A stretch of DNA of 64,000 bases from Stegostoma tigrinum (lineage: Eukaryota), in contig NC_081360.1 of the NCBI RefSeq assembly GCF_030684315.1, forward strand, positions 26,395,818 to 26,459,817, in the 5' to 3' direction. Both the position numbers and the translations under genes were made by a program. Below are positions 40,642 to 53,300 of the stretch, in pieces. The notes below the pieces were generated by a model that was not told where the DNA came from, did not search any database, and saw only the letters and a list, made by a program, of their open reading frames with translations. Positions within the stretch are counted from its first letter, which is position 1. Each line of letters starts with the position of its first letter.

Positions 40642-41263
40642 CTAAGGTACGATAAACATCAAATTTATTCCAGAAGGGCAAAATATAATAACTGCAAATT
40701 CTAAAAGGGACTGACTATTGCCATAACAGGCAAATGAAGTCATTTTTAGTTCTCAAACTTCAGGGTAATTGCACAGATCATCAAAGAAATCTGCAGACGC
40801 TATCAGAACTGTGATCTATACTGCCATCTCCTACATATTTACTGATCAAGGAGTAATCTGTCTCAGAGTGTGTACTGTACTGAAGATTGTGAAATAGTAG
40901 GGATCGTGATGTTGACCAATATACCAAAGCTGATGTTGTCAATTTCCTCTGTCATTGAGTTTCATACCAGGGAGACATTAGCCAATATTTAGGGCCTTCA
41001 AGTCACATTTGCAAGCAATATTGAAGTGGAGCTTTGGACATCATACTAGCCTTTTGGCTCTAGATACTTTATTACACATGATGTCCTTCTGTAGATTTCT
41101 GTCTTCCATCATTACACTGAATATCAGTGAAACTACCTTTGCGTGTATTGAGAGCGTCACCAGAGTTACGATTTTGTCCTTCCGTAAAATGGTCAGAATG
41201 AATAATATGAAGAAACCCTAAGGTGGCAAGTTTAGAATAAATGGTGCAGAACTAGAAATATAC

Positions 41264-41482
41264 CTCATATGTGACTTCACATCAAGTAATTCAAGAGAGG
41301 TAACCCTTGGTTCTCCGGCCATATTCTGAAGAATTTTCAACCTGGGGCCACAATGCTTGAAGAATTCAGTGCAAATGTTTAGGACTGACTCCCGAGGCCT
41401 GCGGAATTCCTCTCTCGCTATACGCTCATCCAGTTCCTCAGTTGGCAGACTCTGGCCCTCTTCTAACAAATGAAGGTTTTCT
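41264..41482 (-). CDS. UNC80: UNC80 coding exon 7/18 (219 nt)
   Basis: ctgcag|A GAA AAC...ATG AG|gtatat; (R)ENLHLLEEGQ...ELLDVKSHM. Confidence 0.95.
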
Positions 41483-42250
41483 CTGCAGAAAAGTAACAAT
41501 GTCCTTTTATACCAAAAGAAAAGCAAGAAATTTTGACATCATTTGTAGTTACCAACAATTTTCACCCAATCAGCTAGCAACTTTGGAAGTCAAACTCCTG
41601 CAATTTTCCATCCAATTTATGGGAAAACCACAGCAGCTAGGGCGCGATATGTCAAGGTGGTTTACCAACTTCTTGGAACAAGTCAGGTGGGCTATGACCT
41701 GAAAGGATTTGAAACCATGCTCCCAGAGCTTGAGCATCTGGGTTGCTAGTTCAGTGCCATGACCATCCTGTCACCACTTACTTCGAATAAGTCTACGATT
41801 TGTGCTAGCCAAGTGTCAAGATGGGTAGGTAAGAGATTGGGCATGGATCAGCCATGATCCATTTGAACGCGGAGCAGGGCTGAATGGCCTGCTCCAGTTC
41901 AAATGCTCCTACAATCCAAACATGCTCAGAACCTTTGTTCTAATGATAGATTAAGAAGTCCAAATATTCTGCTTTCTGGTGCCAGGCAGGTCAGATCAGG
42001 TGATTTGTATTTCAGACAATAACAGACATCGGCTTTTCACTGTAATGTAAATGGATCTGCAAAATTAAAATTCACGTTTTACATCTCTAGGACTATGTTC
42101 TTCTGATTAATCTTCTGAAACAAGAAATTGTTAATTGTGAATGATCGAAAATGAAAGAGAGAGACAAACTGATAGAATGATTGGAATTAAAATTTAGTCC
42201 ATTGTGCCTGTAAAAATGAACATGCAAGAATTATCATGATTCTTCCTGAC

Positions 42251-42343
42251 CTTGTATTGGGTCCTCCAGACATGGCATGATTGGCTGTTGGAGCTCCTCT
42301 ATGACCTTGGTCGGACCTGCTCATTTGAGGAGCTGTCATTGGT
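42251..42343 (-). CDS. UNC80: UNC80 coding exon 6/18 (93 nt)
   Basis: gtgcag|A CCA ATG...ACA AG|gtcagg; (R)PMTAPQMSRSDQGHRGAPTANHAMSGGPNT. Confidence 0.93.
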
Positions 42344-42700
42344 CTGCACCACAATCCGAGAGAAAAAAAATGCAAAAATTTTTTCAGAGATGTTCTGAAC
42401 AAATATCGCTCGATCAAATCAAAGCAACTACAAAGATTAAAACAGAAGCTCATTTAGACAAATTGTATTACTGATGATCTTCAATCAATTCTAGATAGGT
42501 TTCATGCATTACATTGTACTGAATAAAGCACACAGCAGTCAACTAAAAGCATAGAAACAAAATGTGCTGTTGAAATTTTAATTAAAAAATCCAACATTGT
42601 AACCAATAAATGCTAACACATTAAAAGTTAACTTGGAAGGACTGTGACATCTAATGGTATTGAGTGCAAAGGCAGCCCAAGAGCAGGATTAATAAATTAC

Positions 42701-42871
42701 CTGGTGAGAGATTCAACACTATATAATAGGGCTTGCAAGGATGTGGCGAGTGAAGCAATTGCAGTGATTTCATCCCTTGCTGCGGAGGATGATTCCAATT
42801 GAATGGTTTGCTTCTTCAGTTTCTGCAAGTAGCAGGGAACCAGTGCCTCTAACACCATCAGCATTTGAAGA
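42701..42871 (-). CDS. UNC80: UNC80 coding exon 5/18 (171 nt)
   Basis: ccatag|T CTT CAA...ACC AG|gtaatt; (S)LQMLMVLEALVPCYLQKLKK...LLYSVESLT. Confidence 0.95.
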
Positions 42872-43039
42872 CTATGGCATAAATAAGAAGCATGAATGTG
42901 TGGCAACAGTAAAGAAAATTCAATTCTACTGTGGCTAATCATTTAAGTAAAACCAAAAGAGTTGCACAAATGTAAAGGGGCTAAACATTTGATCATAATT
43001 ATTGTGCAAAGTCAGGATTGCCGTTCTGGGCCACCTTAG

Positions 43040-43580
43040 GTGGTGAAGCCACAACTGGAGTATTGTGTTCCTTCTGGTCAATACATTGCAGGAGGGACAC
43101 AATTGTTCTGGAGAGAGCAGAGAAGATTTACTTGCAAGTTGCCAGGGCTGGAGAACTATAACTACATGGAGAGACTGGAGAGGTCGGGGTTGTTTTCCTG
43201 TGAACAGAGAATCTGAGCGGTGAGATGATTGAGTTTTACAAACTTGTGAGGTGTAGAGATAGAGCAGGAACTTGTTTCCCTGAGTGGAGACTTTGAAAAC
43301 CAGGGTTCATAGATCCAAGCTGAATGCCAGAAGGATTAGAAGGTACATGAGGGAAAAGCTTCTTTATGCAGAGGGTGGTGGGTGCCTGGAATTTACCGGT
43401 GGTGGACACAGAAACCCTAAACTCTTTAAAAACACCTGAACCTGCACCTTAACTAAGGTGTTGGCTCTAAGCTGCAGGGTTATGGACCATGTGCAGGAAG
43501 GTAGGATTAGAAAGGGCACCTGTGTATCTTTGGACAAGATAGGCAAAATGACCCCCTTCTGTGCTGTATCATTTTTAATA
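43040..43580 (+). mobile_element. CR1 LINE 3' end
   Basis: gccacaactggagtattgtgt...ggactggagaggtcggggttgttttcc...ccttctgtgctgtatc. Confidence 0.85.
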
Positions 43581-43874
43581 GTTTCTAGGTCCATGTCCAC
43601 AATTGAGTTAAACTTGCCTTATTAAGCAAAATTAGATTAAGTTAAATTTTCATTCAAAACTTATTGATAAAATGGGGAATAGGAAAACTGTGGCAAAATT
43701 CTACATCTATGAACATGAAATAGTGCCTTTTAGTAATTGAAACAGAAATAATGGCTATACTTTAAAGGCTGTGTGATGTGAATGATTGACTTCAGATCCA
43801 CAAGACAGGGAAAAAAAACCTTATATACGTAAGATATTTAAACAGATTAACAGATTTAAGATTTAAATGGATTT

Positions 43875-44070
43875 TGGAGCAGCTTCTTTCCTGCTGTTAT
43901 CAGACCTCTCATATAATAGAGTTGGTTTTTCTCTGCACAATCTCTATAGCACTGTATTTTCCATTCTGTTCTATTACCCTGATGTACATAGGTAAGGAAT
44001 GATTTGTCTGATTAACATGCGAAACAATACTTTCACTATATCTCTGTACATTTGACAATAATAAATCAGA
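43875..44070 (+). mobile_element. Rex1/Babar-like 3' tail fragment
   Basis: cagcttctttcctgctgttatcagac...ctgtacatttgacaataataaatc, similar to 3398-3620. Confidence 0.65.
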
Positions 44071-47000
44071 TATTAGAAAGAGTAGCAAGAGTTAATTATT
44101 ACATGGAGTAACAAGAACTACAGAATACAAAATTCATAATGCAACAGTGAATCCATTCTACTAATCCTTAATAAGTTGTGAGACAATAAAGAATATAAAG
44201 CATAGATTAACACCAATAATTCTTGCTGAGAGAAAGACTAAAAATTTAGCTCATTTCTTTAAAAGGACATCATGGTGACTGACACAGCAAGGACAGGATA
44301 GGATATATAGAAGCTGACTGCTCCCAATCATTAAGGGTTTATAACAAGAGGGACTTGAGCATGAGACGATGCATGAGTTTTAGGTTGAGAATAGGTGAAA
44401 CTTTTACACAAAGGCTTTTGGGATTCGATAAATGGTTGAAGAAAAGAAATATGGGAACAGGGTTAGTACATGGATTTAGTGAGATTCACCTGTTGTATAC
44501 GCTTTTATGCATTTTATGCAGAAAGTAAATGTATGGAAGAGAGAAAATAAAATAAGTGAAGCCCATCAGTCAGGCTTTGTTGTCTAGGCTACAGAGATGG
44601 GTAGTTTTTACAACATGGCTGATCTGCTATGCTAGTTAAATACAAAATCAAAAATCCTATAGAACCCTTTCATAACCTGATTGAAAGGGAAAGGGGGAAC
44701 AGTAGATTCCTTAAGAGACCTAAAATTAGAGAACAAAATTGGCAACTGTGATAAGAAAAGGAAAAGGAGACAAATACAGACTGATACCAAGCCATCCAGG
44801 AGTGACTACTGCCTGACTCATACAGAATGTTAAGGACAAAAATATACACATTGAGCATGTTATTTCCATTTAATTTCCATGCCCCCTACTGACAAGCAGC
44901 TGCTGTTCGCTGGAATTAGCAATAGTAAATTGTGCAGGCACAAAAGTGAATGAGGATCCAATGCTAGCAATGTTACTTCTGCAATCTCCCACATTAGCAC
45001 CCCAAAACCAGGCATCATTTGGCAAACGTTTTCAGCAATATAACTGGCCGCTTTTTGGTTGCCTCCCTAGTTTCGCACTTGTTACTTATCACTTCAAGTT
45101 CTGATCAATCAACTCTTGAAATACTTGGAAAGCCCTTTGTAATCCATTTGAACAACACATGCTGCCCAAAAGATCAATGTTTTTAACAGCATTTCCTCAA
45201 TTCTCTTTGATTTAACATAATTTAACACCTTGTATTTAATAACTCAACACTTGTGAGAAGTATGAAATGGTAAAATTAACATGAACCTTATCAGTTCCTT
45301 TGTCAGCATGACAATGGTATGGTCTTTCAGATGAAATTTCTGTCATTGTTTTCAAAATGACATGTTTGCCAGGATGAAGTTCATTATAGCATTCCATTTA
45401 ATACTGTTGAACGTCAGGGATTATTTAAGACAAGGGTCAAAACATTACTGCTGTGGACATAGCCATCTTATATCTTATTCCAATTATTAAGATGCACTTA
45501 CATATATATATATATTTAGATTTTAAGATGTTTGGCAAGTAAAGTGCTGAAAGTGGAAGCTGAAAGTAACACAGCAATTATGGCAGGGTATCTGGGTCTT
45601 TGGTGAGCAATGAGACAAACAGTGAATCTCAGTGAAATAAATAGAGCTAAGTTGGAAAACCTAGAACATTTCCGTCAGAGTGAAATTGGTGAAAATCACA
45701 AACTTGGAAGTCCCACCCCAGAATTAATCTTTTCCTATTTTTGTGGGGTTGAGTTTGGGGAAAGACCAGCTTTTATCCTTGTGGAGATAGCTGACTATTT
45801 CAATAATCAGCTGCCTTCATTTAAATTATGTTTTGGTATTCACACTGTCCAGAACCCAGAGTATAAGGAGCGGGAGACCAAGTCTGAACATCTATTAAAG
45901 AGCGAATTGGTTTCGGATAGCATGGGCACCCCTTTGGAAAGCGATGGCCCTTTCGGGGAAAATGGTCTTGGAACACTTTGGTGAGAGAATGGTAAAGGGC
46001 CCAATAGGTTTTGGCATTGTTAAAAGTATACATCAATTTGTCTAAAAAATACATAAACTTATTGAAACTATTAAAGTTGGCAAGAGCATAGAATACAAAA
46101 TTTTGTTTTCAGTGGAGAGTAATTAAAGTGATTTCAATGCGTTGAATTATTTTACATCAATGAAAGGATTATTTAAATAATGACATCATCAGTAAACAAA
46201 TACATTTATTTGATATTTGCATGGCTCCTGACACTTGCGCCTGGTGGATTTTAGGTGAGTTGGGATGGAAGCTTGAGGGAAGAGAGTGATTGGGGGAGAT
46301 TATGGGTTGTCATTAGTTGGTAAGATGGAAGATTGTTAGAGGGGCATAGGGTTTCTAAGGGACAAATTAGTTTCTGGATAGAGGTAACAGTGTGGACAAG
46401 ATGGTAGGAAGGACCATGTGTTGAGGGGTATGGGAGTATGGGGGGACATAGAGAGAAGTAAACGGGCATTGGGTGGCTTAGGGGTTACGAGGTGGCTTTG
46501 ATCACCATGGATAGGCATGTGAGAGAGGTGAGGAGACATCAGGCATCTGGGCTGGAGTGATGCCTTTGGTTCTATTCAGTTTACAGCAACATGTACTGGT
46601 ACACGGGTCAGGCCTTACACCCAGCTCCTTTCTGGAGCCAGCAGCCTCTACTGCTGTTCCAGGAACATCCAGCCTACCTCCTGTGGAATCCCATCACCCT
46701 GGAATGAAAATGGGACCTTTTCAAGCCAGCTTTTCCCATGCCGAGTTCACCTGGCTAGGGAATGTCCCATGTCTAAGCTCTCAACCTGGCAATGAAAATT
46801 GTGGCAGAAGGAGGAGGTTGGATTAGGGTGGGTGAATTGAACATTAAACATCAATCGTTCAGAAGGCGAAATTACCCAACCTTGCTTTCTGTTTAAGTGA
46901 GAAAGAAAAATGGGACAGGAGGGAGAATGGCATTTTTAAAAATCTCCCAGAAAAAGTTTACAATCTTAAGGAATGAAAGTCTTGTAGTTGCTCACTTCCT

Positions 47001-47543
47001 GGGTAAGAGCATTTAATTGGCAATGCAAAGGAAGTTAATTACCAGATTTCTGCCGTATATGCCAAAAGTCATTAATGTGCGGATACAGCAACTTTAGAAC
47101 AGTCGCGGGGACCTATTGTATTTGGTGCATGATGGAGCAATGCAAATTGGCCAATTCATAATTCATGGGGTGTCAGGTCCTCACCATAATTGCAAGCTGC
47201 TCTGCATATGAAAAATGGTATGCATTGCACTGATATCATGATGTTTCCTGCATAATCCAGGCCACTGGTTACTGAACACGATCTATTTTTGCTTTACTTC
47301 ACTAAATAGTAAGCTCACAATTTATCATCGACTGTTACACATCTGTGTGATTTCTCTTTTTTCTCAGCAATAAATGTATTTCACTGTTATATGCTTCATT
47401 TTCAATTTCACATGCCATCACCTTTTAGGACGAGCTGTGCATTTTGGTCGATATAATTCAGCACCAAACCCAAGCACATAATAAGGATATTTACAGATGA
47501 AATTTTATTATTTTCCACATTGTCTTAAATAATTTTCTGGTAC

Positions 47544-47640
47544 CTTCTAAGTGATTCCGGTGCATATGCAACTACAGTAACACAGAGTTTAATAGCTTCA
47601 CTAATAGAGAAGGCAAGATCTTCATTTCCATAGCAGAAAT
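47544..47640 (-). CDS. UNC80: UNC80 coding exon 4/18 (97 nt), not in ORF track
   Basis: ttccag|AT TTC TGC...AGA AG|gtacca; (D)FCYGNEDLAFSISEAIKLCVTVVAYAPESLR. Confidence 0.95.
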
Positions 47641-47869
47641 CTGGAAAAACATGAAAAAATATATGGGTTACTGCAGAGTTTGTGACACTGGTGTTCATTT
47701 TACACGACTCAATGCATCATTAAAATAAGGGCGAAAATTATAATTTAACCTGTTCTTTTAGGCCAAATTTCAATTGACTAGAGATTTGAACATGATAAAA
47801 ATGACAGGACTCCTGCTTTATTCCAGAACAATCTCAGCTAACCAGAAAGTAAAATGACTCTTCCATATA

Positions 47870-48150
47870 AATGTCAGAGTATGTCAGAGGCTGGGAATTT
47901 TGTAGTGACGAACTCACCTCCTGTCTACTATCTACATGGTGCATGTCAGAGGTCTGACGGAATACTCCCCACTTGCCTGGATGTGTGCAGCTCCAATGAC
48001 ATTCAAAAATCTCAACACCATCCAGGACAAAGCAACACACTTGACTAGCACTTCATCTACCACTTCTCACCAGCAATACGCAGTGGCAGCAGTGTGTGCT
48101 CTTTACATGATGCACCCTATCTGCTTTCCAAGAATCCTTTGACTGCATTT
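47870..48150 (+). mobile_element. L2/CR1-group LINE ORF2 fragment
   Basis: EYSPLAWMCAAPMTFKNLNTIQDKA motif. Confidence 0.75.
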
Positions 48151-48289
48151 TTGAATCACCTTACCTGTGTTTACAAGAACAAGGTAACAGACATATAGGA
48201 TGACCACAGTGTGCAAAGGGTAATTTGTGATTTTGTGTTTTCTTGTGACTTAAAAGCTATTAACAGTTTCCTAATTCCTCCACCACTGC

Positions 48290-49390
48290 CCCGTCTGCAG
48301 CCAAGTTGGGGCGTTCCACTCCCGGACACCCCAGACGTCCTCTTATTTCAAGGACCGCAACCTCCCTCCCTTCAGTGGTCAAAAACGCTCTCAACTGTGT
48401 CTGTTGCGTTTCCCGTGCCTGTCTTCACATCCCTTCCCTCCAACAAAAACAAAGACAGAATCCCCCTTGTCCTCACATATCACCCCGCTAACCTCCGCAT
48501 CCAACATACCATTCACCCCACTTCTGTCACCTACAATCCGGCCTCACAACCTCCCTGCCCTTACCTGCCTTTCGTAGGGTCCGCTCTTTCTGTGACTTCC
48601 TCGTCTGCTCCACCCTCCCCACCAGCCCCACCGCCCCCGGACCTTTCCCTACAACCTCAGGAAGTGCTACGCCTGTCCCAACACCTCCCTCCTCAACTTC
48701 ATCCAAGGAACCAAACAAACTTTCCACATCAGACAGAGGTTCACTTGCACCCTGTCAATGTGGTCTACTGCATCCGCTACTCCCGTTGTGACCTCCCGTA
48801 CATCGGTGAGACCAAGCGGAGGCTCAGAGGCCACATTGTAGAGCACCTACACTCTGTTCATGACAAAAAACACATTCTGGTCATGAACCATTTCAACTCC
48901 CTCTCCCTGGGTGACATGTCCATCCTGGGCCTCCTCCAGTATCACAATGACACCACCCACAAACTGGAGGAACAACATCTCATTTTCCGCCTTGGGAGCC
49001 TACAACCCAATGGTTTCAATGTGGACTTTACAAGCTTCAAAATCTTCCCACCCTCGGCCTCATCCCGTGACTAACCCTCCCTCTCATCCCCGCCTCCTTG
49101 ACCTGACATAACCTGTCCATCTTCTCTCCCACCTATCCACTCCTCCCAAACCACTGACCAATCCCCATCATTGCCTACCTGCACTCACCTATCACCATTC
49201 CACCTACCTTCCACAGCCCCACCCCTCCTCTCTATTTATTTCAGAGCTCCCTTCCCCCTCACTATTTCTGAAGAAGGGCGCCAAAACAAAATGTCAATTT
49301 TCCTGCTCCTCTGATGCTGCCTGGCCTGCTGTGTTCCTCCAGCTCCACACTGTTACCTCTGACTCCAACATTGGCACTTCTTACTATCTC
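48290..49390 (+). mobile_element. Penelope-like element 3' part (GIY-YIG), family A
   Basis: KDRIPLVLTYHP and NVVYCIRYSRCDLPYIGETKRRL. The terminus ttctgaagaagggc... has a decayed hammerhead. Confidence 0.9.
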
Positions 49391-49394
49391 TTGG

Positions 49395-49690
49395 TACTTT
49401 GTCCCATGCTTTTAGTAATTTACATTAAGGCTTTAGACTCTAATGTAGGGCACTTGATAAAGAAATTTGCAGATGATATGAAAATTGGCTGTGTGGTTGA
49501 CAGTCAGAAAGAAATCTTTAGATATAGACAATCAGTGCAGGGAATGCATTTCTGAGGGTGCAATAGGCAAAGGATAAAAAAGACAATAAATAGGAGGACG
49601 CTGAGTACTGTAGAACAATATAGGGACCTTGGAATATATGTCCATACGAAAGTAGAGGACAGGTCAATAAGGTGGGTGAGAAAGTATATG
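49395..49690 (+). mobile_element. CR1 RT fragment
   Basis: LIKKFADDMKIG (FADD catalytic motif). Confidence 0.8.
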
Positions 49691-49744
49691 TAGTGTATTA
49701 TTTTATAAATCTGAAACATTGTCTCGATAGCTCTTTCATAAAAG

Positions 49745-50325
49745 GTCACCAATATACTCTACAAACTCACAGACTTCAACAGTTAGCTCAATTACACATG
49801 CTCACATCCTGTTTCCCGTAAGGGCTCCACCCCATTCTCCCAGTTTCTCCATCTCCATCTCCATCTCATCTGTTCTCTCCATGGCGCATTCTGCAGGAGT
49901 CCTCAGAAATGTCCACCTTTCTCCTCAAAAGAGGATTCCCTGCTGCCACAGTCGCTGGGGGGTTCAACCTATCTCTCATACTTTGACCTTCACTCCTTTC
50001 CTTTCCCCCCACAACCTCTGGGAGGTTGGGTTCCTCTGGTTCCTCACTTATCTTCCCACTAGCTTCCTCAATCAAAGGATTATAAGGTGCCATTTCCATT
50101 ACCTTCAATGGGATGCCATGACGTGACATATATATTCCCCTCTCTTCTCTTGTCAGCATTCCTCAGGGACCAATCTATCCAGGCCCATCTAGTCCACTAT
50201 TCCTCCACTCCTAACATCTCCTCACACCCTCACAGCACCTTCCCACGCAACTGCAGAAGGTGTAACACCTGTCTGTTTCCCTCTTCCCTCCACACTATCC
50301 AAGGCTACAATCATACATAAACCAA
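49745..50325 (+). mobile_element. Older Penelope-like element internal fragment
   Basis: Homologous to 30640-31140, e.g. ccattctcccagtttctccatctcc and cccacgcaactgcagaaggtgtaacacctg. Confidence 0.8.
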
Positions 50326-50679
50326 ATGAAGCATCATTTTGCCATTCATGAATGCATTAAGAATTATATATGACATTAGTTACACCACAATCTGAGTACA
50401 ATTCTGGTCACTAATTACAGGAGAGATATGATTGTAATGAAAAGGGTGTGGAGGAGATTTGTGGGTGAGTTGCCAGAGCTGTAAAACTTTACCTAAGATA
50501 ACAGATTGGATACACTGTTGCTGTTTTCTTTGGAATAGATGATGCTGTGGGGAAACTTCATTGAGGTGAATACAGTTAGGAGTCGTCAGGATACAGTAAA
50601 GAAGGATGGCCTTTTTGGCTTAACTAAGAGAGTGAAAAGCAGAGGTACAGATTTATGTTATTTAGCACAAGGATAAGAA

Positions 50680-51127
50680 TCATAGATACCTTGCAGTGCG
50701 GAAGCAGGCCATTTGGCCCATTGAAACCACACCATATCTTCTGAAGAGCATACAACCCATCCCTGCCCTATCCTGCTAACGTTTTTTTATAGAATTCCTC
50801 CAGTGTGGAAACAAGCCATTCACCCCAACAAGTCTACATTGCCTCTCCAAAGAGCATCGCACCCAAACTCATTCCCCCATCCTATCTTTGTAACCGTACA
50901 TTTCCCATGCTCACCAATCCAACCTACACATCCTTGGACACTGCAGGCAATTTAGCATGGCCAATCCGCCTAACTGCACATCTCTGGACTTTGGGAGGAA
51001 ACTGGGTCACCTGGAGGAAACTCACGTAGACATGGGGGAGAATTTGCAAATTGCCTGAGGGTGGAATTGAACCTGGGTCCCTGGCGCTTTGAGGCAGCAG
51101 TGCTAACCACCGAGCCACCATGCCACA
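50680..51127 (-). mobile_element. HE1 SINE (minus strand, 50788-51127) preceded by a second HE1 tail (50680-50775)
   Basis: Reverse complement of the 35391 element; MVARWLALLPQSARDPGSIP is the head read as an ORF. Confidence 0.88.
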
Positions 51128-51724
51128 CCAGGAGAGGGAGATGTGGAAATTTTCTTTTTCAACCCAGGGAGTGATCGGGACTTGAAACTCTCTGTCTGAA
51201 AGAGGCAAAAACTCTTACTGTATTTACAAAGTAATTCTATGTTGAATTGAAGACCTGGGGCCACTGTGGATCTTGCACAGGAAAATAACATTAAGCATGG
51301 TTAATGTTCATCACCCAGCATGTGCACAATGGGACCTATGAACTTCTTCAGTGTGAAAAATCTTCTATGATTTCAAACACCATAACCTGCATGTGCCCTT
51401 CCAAGTCACATATCATCCAGACTCTGAGCTCCATGCTCACTCTGTCAAATTCCCCTAAAATGTTATCCCTAACATCTTTGTGGGTCTACCTACACCAGGT
51501 AGACTGCAGCCGTTCAAGAAGGCAACTCACCACTATCATGACAAGTATAATCAATGGCAAAGGCATAAACAACAGAGTTACAGCAATGCACAGATCCACA
51601 AACGAATTGTAAACACATCGTAACAATTTACCTTCCCCAGAGATCATATATTTCTGAGCTGTATTTGCACCCCTCTCATGAAAACTTTAGTAACTCACCT
51701 ATAGGATGACATTGGATATTAGCT

Positions 51725-51804
51725 AATAAAATGTGAGGCTGGATGAACACAGCAGGCCAAGCAGCATCTCAGGAGATTCTCCAGCATCTGCAGTTCCCAT
51801 TATC
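51725..51804. mobile_element. 80-bp PLE family A mini-insertion with 13-bp TSD
   Basis: ttggatattagct at 51712-51724 and 51805-51817. Confidence 0.88.
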
Positions 51805-52689
51805 TTGGATATTAGCTGACAGGTTCAATCATATGTCAAGCATTCTTTTGCAAAAGGTAGCTGAAACTTGTACCTCTGATAGGGTCCCAATACTACTCAA
51901 AATGTGCACAATGTGTATCCATCCTGCAGCAGTTGGGAGGTTTATGGTAATATGTTGAAATCATTTTATAGACTATTTTGCTGTCAGATGATTGTGGGAT
52001 ACATTAGGAGTGGCAGATTAGTTACTTCTGGAATACTGACCTTGCTGATTCTCTATGTCAATTTACAGAGTCTCAACTGCTCTAGAACTCAGTATACCAG
52101 CTGATTTTTAGCTAATAAATATTGTTCACTATCCTGTTCAAAGGTATTGTGACACACCTCTGGGACTTGAACCAGGCCTTCCTGGCCCAGAGGTAAGGAC
52201 ACTAGAAGATCCAATTCACACCATAAGTAGCAATATGTCACTGGTCTGAATTAAAGCACAGGCAATTTTACTCAAAGAGAGAGTTTCTGACTGTATCATG
52301 TTCATGAGAATTTATATTTGTACTGGTAAGTCATCACCATTTTTGGAGGTGGGTAAGTCAATCCATCCGACATTGTTGAGATTGCAATGACTCCAAAAGG
52401 TTTAGTTGACAATAGATGGCTGGAACCATCTGAATTAGTCTGCTAAGGGTGAATTTTAACTCAATGGTCATGGTGGAGGATTTAATGAATTCAACCTGAC
52501 AATCTCCTGATCTTTGGATGTCAAAACAATGCAGGCCACAGTACAGCTTTCATGATGCTTTTTGTTTGGTCATCAGTGCAGACTCTATAGGCCAAAGGGC
52601 CTCTTCTGTACAGTATGACTATGTATAAAATTCAGAGATAGACCGGTTTGGAACATTTCACATCATTATTAACCACTTGCAAGTTTCCT

Positions 52690-52900
52690 TCCATCATCCC
52701 GACTTGGAACTACATCACCGTTCCTTCACTGTCATTGGATTAAAAACCTGAAATTCCTTCTCTAATAGCACTATGGATGCCCCGACATGCCAAACACCAC
52801 AGCAGTTCAAGGGGGCAGCTCTTCAGCACCTTTTCGAGGAGAGTTAGGGATGGGCAACAATTATTGGTTCAACCAGCAATGCACACATCCCACAAATGAC
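52690..52900 (+). mobile_element. L2/CR1-group LINE 3' end
   Basis: gacttggaactacatcaccgttccttcact...agcagttcaag...ttagggatgggcaacaaatt. A related copy lies at about 51385-51560. Confidence 0.75.
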
Positions 52901-53089
52901 TAACAAAATAAAACAGCCTGGCCAACTTATTGGACCTTGCTGTGGGGAAGGAGTGGGAAAAATTTCCTGGGATTTTTTTTCCAACTCCATATACTTCTTC
53001 AACCCAATAGATTAACAGGCTTGCACAGGGAGAGGGAGTGGATAAACAGAAACCTCACCAGGACTGATTCCTCAGTTAATAACAGCGAC

Positions 53090-53300
53090 GAAAATGAGAG
53101 TCTCCATAATCCCAGAGGACCATGTGCTTGTCTCTCAGTGAGAGAGAGAAATAAACTGGTGTGGAGCTTAACCTGAGAGTCTCCATGCCTGAGGCATGAC
53201 TCTCATTTCATTGATGCCTCAGCCAATTTTGGAATTGAATCTGTGCGTTGGCATCACACTGTTTCGCAAATCAGCCAGATAGCCAACTGAGATAACTAAC
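53090..53300 (-). mobile_element. Short SINE-like repeat, same family as 13612
   Basis: Reverse-complement similarity to 13612-13822. Confidence 0.65.

Noticed and set aside
48211-49074. 287-aa ORF, the longest in the track
   Set aside because: Read-through of a frameshifted PLE remnant; only parts are in the GIY-YIG frame, so it is not a host gene.
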